Source: Candidatus Bathyarchaeia archaeon
GTDB taxonomy: Archaea; Thermoproteota; Bathyarchaeia; Bathyarchaeales; DTEX01
Assembly: GCA_038817885.1 (NCBI GenBank)
Contig: JAWAZE010000004.1
Coordinates: 13,509 to 77,508, forward strand
DNA: 64,000 bases
Reading direction: 5' to 3'
The notes beneath the pieces are model-generated. The model had not been told where the DNA came from. It ran no database searches and saw nothing but the letters and a program-made list of their open reading frames with translations. Of this stretch, positions 58,449-64,000 are shown piece by piece. Both the position numbers and the translations under genes were made by a program. Each line of letters starts with the position of its first letter. The first letter of the stretch is position 1.

Positions 58449-60332
58449 TTAAGTATTCTTCCTTCCTGAGGTTTTTGTAAGATCCAATTCAATATAAAAA
58501 AGGTTTCCATCAACCCTATATCTCATAGGATAACCAGACTTCCTAAGTATATGCATCATTTTAGCATTTTCTACAAGAACCCATGCTGTAAACGTCTTTA
58601 TCCCACGGGATTCCGCTATTTCTGCCAGATAATTGAATAGGGCTGTTCCTAAACCTTTATCTTGCCAATCATCTCTTACAGCCAACGAAACTTCCGCCTT
58701 CTCTGTTCCTGGTATACATGAATAGCTTCCTATGGCTACCATAACTTCATTACTATTCTCCGTCACCACACCGACAATGCTCATCTCATTAACATAGTCT
58801 ATCACAACGTAAGGCCATATTCGCTTTAGGGGCATGATGTCTAATGACCCAAGAAATCTTTTTTTGATGCTTTCTTTCGAAAGGACGTAGAAGAAATGTT
58901 GCTTTAAGGTCGCATCAGACGGCTTTATAGGTCTAAGCAGCACCTTCGATCCATCATCTAATGTAACATATCGCTTCAGCTCCTCCGGATACTCTACCTC
59001 AGGAAAGGGCATGATCTCCTTTGGAACGTAATTATGCTTTTTCGCCCACTTAAGAAGTCTATTTCTGAAATTCGGATGAGCAATGCTTATCAATGCTAAA
59101 GCTCTCTCCCTAATAGTCTTACCCCTAAGATAGGCTACACCATATTCTGTAACAACGTAATCAACGTCCCCTCTAGTTAATGTAACACCTGCCCCCTTGC
59201 TCAGAAAATCTTTTATGCGTGAGATCCTTCCATCCTTTGCCGTCGAGGGTAAAATAATTATCGCCTTCCCATATCTTGATAGCCTCGCACCCCTCATAAA
59301 ATCAGCCTGTCCGCCCGGCCCACTATAAAATTTATAGCCAAGGGAGTCTGAGCATACCTGGCCCGTTAAATCTACTTCAAGCGCCTGATTTATTGCAACC
59401 ATCTTGTCATGCTGAGCAATTATAAATGGGTTATTCACGTAGTCTGATGGGTAGAATTCAACCATCGGATTATTGTCTATGAACTCATATAATTTGCGGG
59501 TTCCCATCGCGAAGGACGCAATTATTTTACCTCTGTTTATTGTCTTTTTAGCGCACGTCACTACACCCTCCTCAACGAGATCCACAACTCCCTCGGAAAG
59601 TAGTTCAGTATGTATTCCAAGATCTCTTTTATCTACTAGATAACTTAGGATCGCGTCCGGTATACTGCCTATGCCTATCTGTAATGTTGACTCGTTCTCA
59701 ATGAGGCTGGAAACGTATTTTGCAATACGCTCTGAAACTATATCAGGTTCAGATCGCGGCATCTCAAGTATTGGTTCATCATGCTCAACAATTATGTCAA
59801 TGTTCTTAACATGTATGAAACTATCACCTAAAACCCTTGGCATTCTCCTATTAACCTGAGCAATAACGAGATTAGCCTTCTCAGCGGCAATTTTTGTAAC
59901 GTCTACTGAGACGCCTAGACTGCAGAATCCATGCTCATCTGGCGGTGTAACTTGTATAAGTGCAACATCTATTTGAATGGCCCCACTCCTTATTAGGTAT
60001 GGTAAGTCTGACAGGAAGGTCGGCGTATAATCAGCTCTACCTTCAGCCACAGCCCTACGAGTGTTAATTCCAACAAAAAATGCATTCATCCGAAATCTCT
60101 CCGAATACCTAGGTTTCGTGTAAGGTGCTACCCCAAGAGTGTGCACATGAAGTATTTCATTGTCAGCTAGATGATCCGCTATCTCAACCAAACCCTTAAC
60201 TAAGTATTGCGGTTCACCGCAAGCCGATCCTATAAAAATATGGTCCCCAGACTTTATGTATCTTAGAGCCTCCTTCAAGCTCATTCTCTTATCCTCATAT
60301 GACCTACTGCGCAGTCTCTCTCCCCTAAGCAT
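58449..60332 (-). CDS. Acetyl-CoA hydrolase/CoA-transferase fused to C-terminal GNAT acetyltransferase
   Basis: TLQIGIG, LGIHTE, SGPGGQADF, VVTEYG; then VRDDWQDKGLGT GNAT motif. Confidence 0.88.
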   Translation of the reverse strand: MLRGERLRSRSYEDKRMSLKEALRYIKSGDHIFIGSACGEPQYLVKGLVEIADHLADNEILHVHTLGVAPYTKPRYSERFRMNAFFVGINTRRAVAEGRADYTPTFLSDLPYLIRSGAIQIDVALIQVTPPDEHGFCSLGVSVDVTKIAAEKANLVIAQVNRRMPRVLGDSFIHVKNIDIIVEHDEPILEMPRSEPDIVSERIAKYVSSLIENESTLQIGIGSIPDAILSYLVDKRDLGIHTELLSEGVVDLVEEGVVTCAKKTINRGKIIASFAMGTRKLYEFIDNNPMVEFYPSDYVNNPFIIAQHDKMVAINQALEVDLTGQVCSDSLGYKFYSGPGGQADFMRGARLSRYGKAIIILPSTAKDGRISRIKDFLSKGAGVTLTRGDVDYVVTEYGVAYLRGKTIRERALALISIAHPNFRNRLLKWAKKHNYVPKEIMPFPEVEYPEELKRYVTLDDGSKVLLRPIKPSDATLKQHFFYVLSKESIKKRFLGSLDIMPLKRIWPYVVIDYVNEMSIVGVVTENSNEVMVAIGSYSCIPGTEKAEVSLAVRDDWQDKGLGTALFNYLAEIAESRGIKTFTAWVLVENAKMMHILRKSGYPMRYRVDGNLFYIELDLTKTSGRKNT

Positions 60333-60471
60333 ACTGAAGACCCCGAAAGAGCATTCTTAAGAGTAAAAACGTTAAGCAGTGCATATAAACATGCACTTAT
60401 TTATACTGCCGCAATATCAATATTTATAAAACTTTTTAAGATAATAAAAAGCAAAGAGGATAAGGGGTTCT

Positions 60472-62571
60472 ATGAAACTCGACGCCTTTTTTAATCCAAG
60501 ATCAATCGCTGTCATCGGCGCAAGTAGGGATCCCTCTAAAGTTGGGCATAGAGTTCTTAAGAACCTCATTGAGGGAGGATTCGATGGAACGCTGTATCCA
60601 ATAAACCCTAACGCCGACGAAATATTAGGGCTCAAATGCTATAAAAATGCTAGGGTCATCCAAGGCGAAGTTGATCTCGCTGTAATTATTGTTCCAGCTA
60701 ACATTGTACCATCCGTTCTAGAGGATTGTGGTGTTAAGGGAGTTAAGGGTGTAGTCATCATATCTGCCGGCTTTGGAGAGACTGGCAAAGAGGGAGCACA
60801 ACTAGAACGCGAGCTCGTTAGCATATGCCGGAGATATAGTATACGGATGCAGGGCCCAAATTGCCTCGGGATAATAAGCATTCAGAACCGCGTAAACGCA
60901 TCCTTCGCCCCAGCAATGCCCTTACCAGGCAATATATCGTTTGTTTCCCAAAGCGGGGCTCTTGGAAGCGCAATATTAAATTGGGCTATCAGAAATGAGA
61001 TTGGCTTTACAAAGTTTATAAGCTTAGGGAATGAGGCGGACTTGAATGCGGCGGACTTTATAGAGGCTTTGGGCGAGGACGATGATACAAAGGTTATTGG
61101 GTTCTATATTGAAGGTGTCAAAGAAGGAGGGCGCTTCCTAGAGGTTGCTAGGAAGGTTTCTAGAAAGAAGCCCATAGTCGCAATAAAAGCTGGGACGACA
61201 AGCGCTGGTATAAGGGCTGTCTCATCTCACACTGGCTCTTTAGCGGGCTCAGAAGTGGCCTTCTCAGCAGCCTTTAAGAAGGCTGGAATAATAAGGGTTA
61301 ATACTCTCGAAGAACTATTTAATATTATATTAGCTTTTGGCTCTCAACCGCCGCTTAAAGGAAGGAGGATTTTAATAGTAACGAACGGTGGGGGACCGGG
61401 TATACTAGCCACGGATGCGTGTGAAAGGGCTAATTTAGAGCTGCCAACTCTTGAGCATGATGTTGTAGAAGATCTGCGCAAAAATATGCCTCCACAAGCC
61501 AGTCTAGGCAATCCAGTAGATGTTTTGGGCGACGCTGATGAAAAACGCTATAAGATTGCGATTGAAGCAGGTTTGAAGAGCGATAACGTTGATGGAATAA
61601 TAGTCATTTTAACCCCGCAGGCGGTAACCCCCTCAGAAAAGGTTGCCGAGACTCTAGCCGAGGTTGGAAGATTTTCAAGTAAACCTATTCTCGCCTCCTT
61701 CATGGGGTTTGAGGAGAGCTCAACGGTCATTAAGATACTTAAGAGGAATAGAATCCCAAACTACGCATTCCCGGAGCAGGCGGCCTATGTCCTCAGATCA
61801 ATGTATGATTACACTTTAATAATTAACTCCCCTATTGAAGAGAAAATTCCAAAGGTGGAAATAAACGCTGATAAAATTTTGGGGATTATTCAACGCGTAA
61901 GATCAGAGGGTCGGTCGGTCCTCACAATAAATGAGGCTATGACTATCGCTAATGCAGCTGGGATACCTATGCCAAAAGCCGCGGTTGCTAAAAGTGGGGA
62001 GGAGGCTGGCAGACTAGCTGATGAATTAGGTTATCCAGTAGCGATGAAGATAATCTCGCCAGATATCATACATAAAACAGATATTGGCGGGGTAATCCTC
62101 GGAGTTAAAAGTAGGGCTGATGTGGAGGAAAATTATGAGCTCCTTCTTAGGAGGGTGAGAACGATTATGCCGCGCGCAAGGATTTCAGGTGTACTTGTAC
62201 AGAAAATGGCTCCGCGGGGGAAGGAGGTTATTGTGGGCGCTGTCAGGGATCCGCAGTTCGGCCCGCTGATAATGTTTGGTTTGGGTGGAATATACGTTGA
62301 CTTCCTAAGGGATGTTTCTTATAGTCTCTGTCCATTAACTAGGGCCGAGGCTGCTAGGATGATCGAGGAGACAAAAACATATGCTCTTCTTAGAGGAGTT
62401 AGGGGGGAACCGCCTTCAGACATAAACTCCATTATAGATGTTATGCTTAGGACATCGGAGGTAATGATGCGGTTCAAGGAGATAGCGGAGATGGAGATTA
62501 ATCCACTGTTTGTTTATGGGAGCGGTGAGGGATGCCTTGGAGTGGATATGAGAATAATTATAAGAATATGA
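60472..62571 (+). CDS. acd: Acetate-CoA ligase (ADP-forming), fused alpha/beta
   Basis: PRSIAVIGAS, GPNCLG, SQSG, SHTGSLAG, HKTDIGGV, EINPL. Confidence 0.9.
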   Translation: MKLDAFFNPRSIAVIGASRDPSKVGHRVLKNLIEGGFDGTLYPINPNADEILGLKCYKNARVIQGEVDLAVIIVPANIVPSVLEDCGVKGVKGVVIISAGFGETGKEGAQLERELVSICRRYSIRMQGPNCLGIISIQNRVNASFAPAMPLPGNISFVSQSGALGSAILNWAIRNEIGFTKFISLGNEADLNAADFIEALGEDDDTKVIGFYIEGVKEGGRFLEVARKVSRKKPIVAIKAGTTSAGIRAVSSHTGSLAGSEVAFSAAFKKAGIIRVNTLEELFNIILAFGSQPPLKGRRILIVTNGGGPGILATDACERANLELPTLEHDVVEDLRKNMPPQASLGNPVDVLGDADEKRYKIAIEAGLKSDNVDGIIVILTPQAVTPSEKVAETLAEVGRFSSKPILASFMGFEESSTVIKILKRNRIPNYAFPEQAAYVLRSMYDYTLIINSPIEEKIPKVEINADKILGIIQRVRSEGRSVLTINEAMTIANAAGIPMPKAAVAKSGEEAGRLADELGYPVAMKIISPDIIHKTDIGGVILGVKSRADVEENYELLLRRVRTIMPRARISGVLVQKMAPRGKEVIVGAVRDPQFGPLIMFGLGGIYVDFLRDVSYSLCPLTRAEAARMIEETKTYALLRGVRGEPPSDINSIIDVMLRTSEVMMRFKEIAEMEINPLFVYGSGEGCLGVDMRIIIRI

Positions 62572-62584
62572 TTGCTAGAAATAA

Positions 62585-63670
62585 TTGAGGGACGAAGAAT
62601 TGGTTAAGAGAGCAATTTATCTAGTCTCTACTAAGGATCTTTCTGGTAAAAGCGCTATAACCATAGCCTTAGCATCAATATTGATGGAAAGGGGGCTAAA
62701 GGTAGGATACTTTAAGCCTATAGGAATGAGCTCCTCATTAACTCCTGGAAGAGAGCTACACGACGAAGATGTTGAAATAATGAAGGCTATTCTGAGATTG
62801 GAATATACGGAGGATACCATATGCCCCATCCTCCTAAAGGGGGACGAGTTTCTTAAGGATTTCATGAAAAGCGATATCGAGTCATTCATGGAGAAGATAA
62901 AATATGCGTATAAAAGGATCTCAGAAAACTCCGACGTTGTATTGCTTGAGAGTCCTCATAACCTTATGACCGGCTCTTTTATAGGGTGCCCAGCTCCGAG
63001 AATCGCGAGGGAGTTAAGTGCGGATATAATATTAGTTGAGAAGGCAGAAAGCGACCTTGCTCTCGATAACGTGCTTCAGGTCCAAGATTGCTGTATAAGA
63101 TGGGGAACGAAACTCTTCGGTGTGATATTTAATAGAGTCCCGGAAGATAGAGTAGAGCGATTTAAAGGAATAATTAAGCCTTTTATCGAGGAACGCGATA
63201 TCAATGTTCTAGGAGTGATTCCAGAGGACAGAGGATTGAGCGCTCCAACGGTAAGAGAGATATGCGACTTCATCGGCGGTAGGGTTCTGGCGGGGGAAGA
63301 TGGTCTAGATAATAACGTCGAGGAAATTCTTGTTGGAGCCATGACGCCGGAAAGCGCAGCAAAATACTTTCGCAGAGCCCTAAATGAGATTGTGGTAACT
63401 GGCGGTGACCGGACAGATATAATTCTGACTGCTCTTGAAATTGGCGTATCAGCAGTAATATTAACTGGAAATCTTTATCCAAGCGTTAAAGTCCTTCCAA
63501 AGGCAGACCAACTTAAAGTCCCATTAATACTTGTTCCACACGATACTTACGCAACAATCCAATACGTCCAAAGAGTGATTGGTAGAATAAAGCCTAAGGA
63601 TCTTAAAAGGATAAAGATTGCCACAAACCTAGTTAAAAATTATGTGAATTTGGAGAGAATTCTTGACTGA
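62585..63670 (+). CDS. Phosphotransacetylase-family protein (BioD-like P-loop plus DRTGG domain; no Pta catalytic domain)
   Basis: SGKS, GYFKP, VGAM, VTGGDRTD, ILTG. Confidence 0.85.
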   Translation: MRDEELVKRAIYLVSTKDLSGKSAITIALASILMERGLKVGYFKPIGMSSSLTPGRELHDEDVEIMKAILRLEYTEDTICPILLKGDEFLKDFMKSDIESFMEKIKYAYKRISENSDVVLLESPHNLMTGSFIGCPAPRIARELSADIILVEKAESDLALDNVLQVQDCCIRWGTKLFGVIFNRVPEDRVERFKGIIKPFIEERDINVLGVIPEDRGLSAPTVREICDFIGGRVLAGEDGLDNNVEEILVGAMTPESAAKYFRRALNEIVVTGGDRTDIILTALEIGVSAVILTGNLYPSVKVLPKADQLKVPLILVPHDTYATIQYVQRVIGRIKPKDLKRIKIATNLVKNYVNLERILD

Positions 63671-63771
63671 CGGGAAAAGATTCGCTTATATACTCTTTTA
63701 GTCTCTTAATCTGCTAAGAATGAATAGATGAGGCGGAAGGATACTATCATTCATCTGCGAGAGTGATCTAA

Positions 63772-64000
63772 TTGGCAGAGTATATTAGACAGCCAATTGT
63801 CTGCGTTCTTGGACATGTTGATGTCGGTAAAACCACTCTTCTAGATCAAATCAGGAAGACAAGCGTCCAGGCCCGCGAGGTCGGCGGGATGACACAGCAT
63901 ATTGGCGCAAGCTTCTTCCCAATGGAGACCCTCAAGGAGATCGCCGGCCCCTTCTTAAAAAAGATTGGTGGGGAAATACGTGTACCGGGACTCCTCGTCA
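63772..64000 (+). CDS. infB: Translation initiation factor IF-2 (aIF5B), 5' part
   Basis: TTG start; [21 protein letters not shown]...[11 protein letters not shown]. Confidence 0.93.
   Translation, partial: MAEYIRQPIVCVLGHVDVGKTTLLDQIRKTSVQAREVGGMTQHIGASFFPMETLKEIAGPFLKKIGGEIRVPGLLV

Noticed and set aside
1..64000. CRISPR array or cas operon
   Set aside because: No regularly spaced repeats seen; the only RuvC protein is a lone truncated TnpB

Overview
Archaeal chromosomal segment, most likely Bathyarchaeia/TACK (inferred from gene content: LysW pathway, GINS-MCM-Hel308, MtrH, L35Ae, archaeal ribosomal protein operon). Most of it is housekeeping: the gatE 3' end, coaD, a peptide ABC transporter, purM, tmk, lysWXYZJK, ade, alaX, hel308/mcm/gins, the L22-L18 ribosomal operon, an acetate-CoA ligase cluster and the infB 5' end. 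The accessory part is a ~9.4 kb composite island between convergent tRNA-iMet (19104-19181) and an intron-containing tRNA-Asn (28530-28638). Its left half is a decayed integrative element: AEP primase-polymerase, truncated TnpB, a DUF5678/aspartyl protease pair and a tyrosine integrase pseudogene. Its right half is an intact, AT-rich ~5 kb cassette bounded by an exact 30-bp repeat of the tRNA-Asn 3' end. The cassette encodes a small helical protein, a KaiC-like ATPase, a GH3-family acyl-acid amido synthetase and a 7TM sensor fused to an inactive KaiC/DUF835-like domain. This looks like a signal-synthesis plus signal-perception module and is the best candidate for an undescribed system. Also notable are a two-domain, eukaryote-like Rpb5/RpoH next to a cluster of paralogous winged-helix genes, apparent CTG start codons, and several 1-2 nt frameshifts that may be real or assembly errors. 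All family assignments are from motif recognition by eye; no searches were run.
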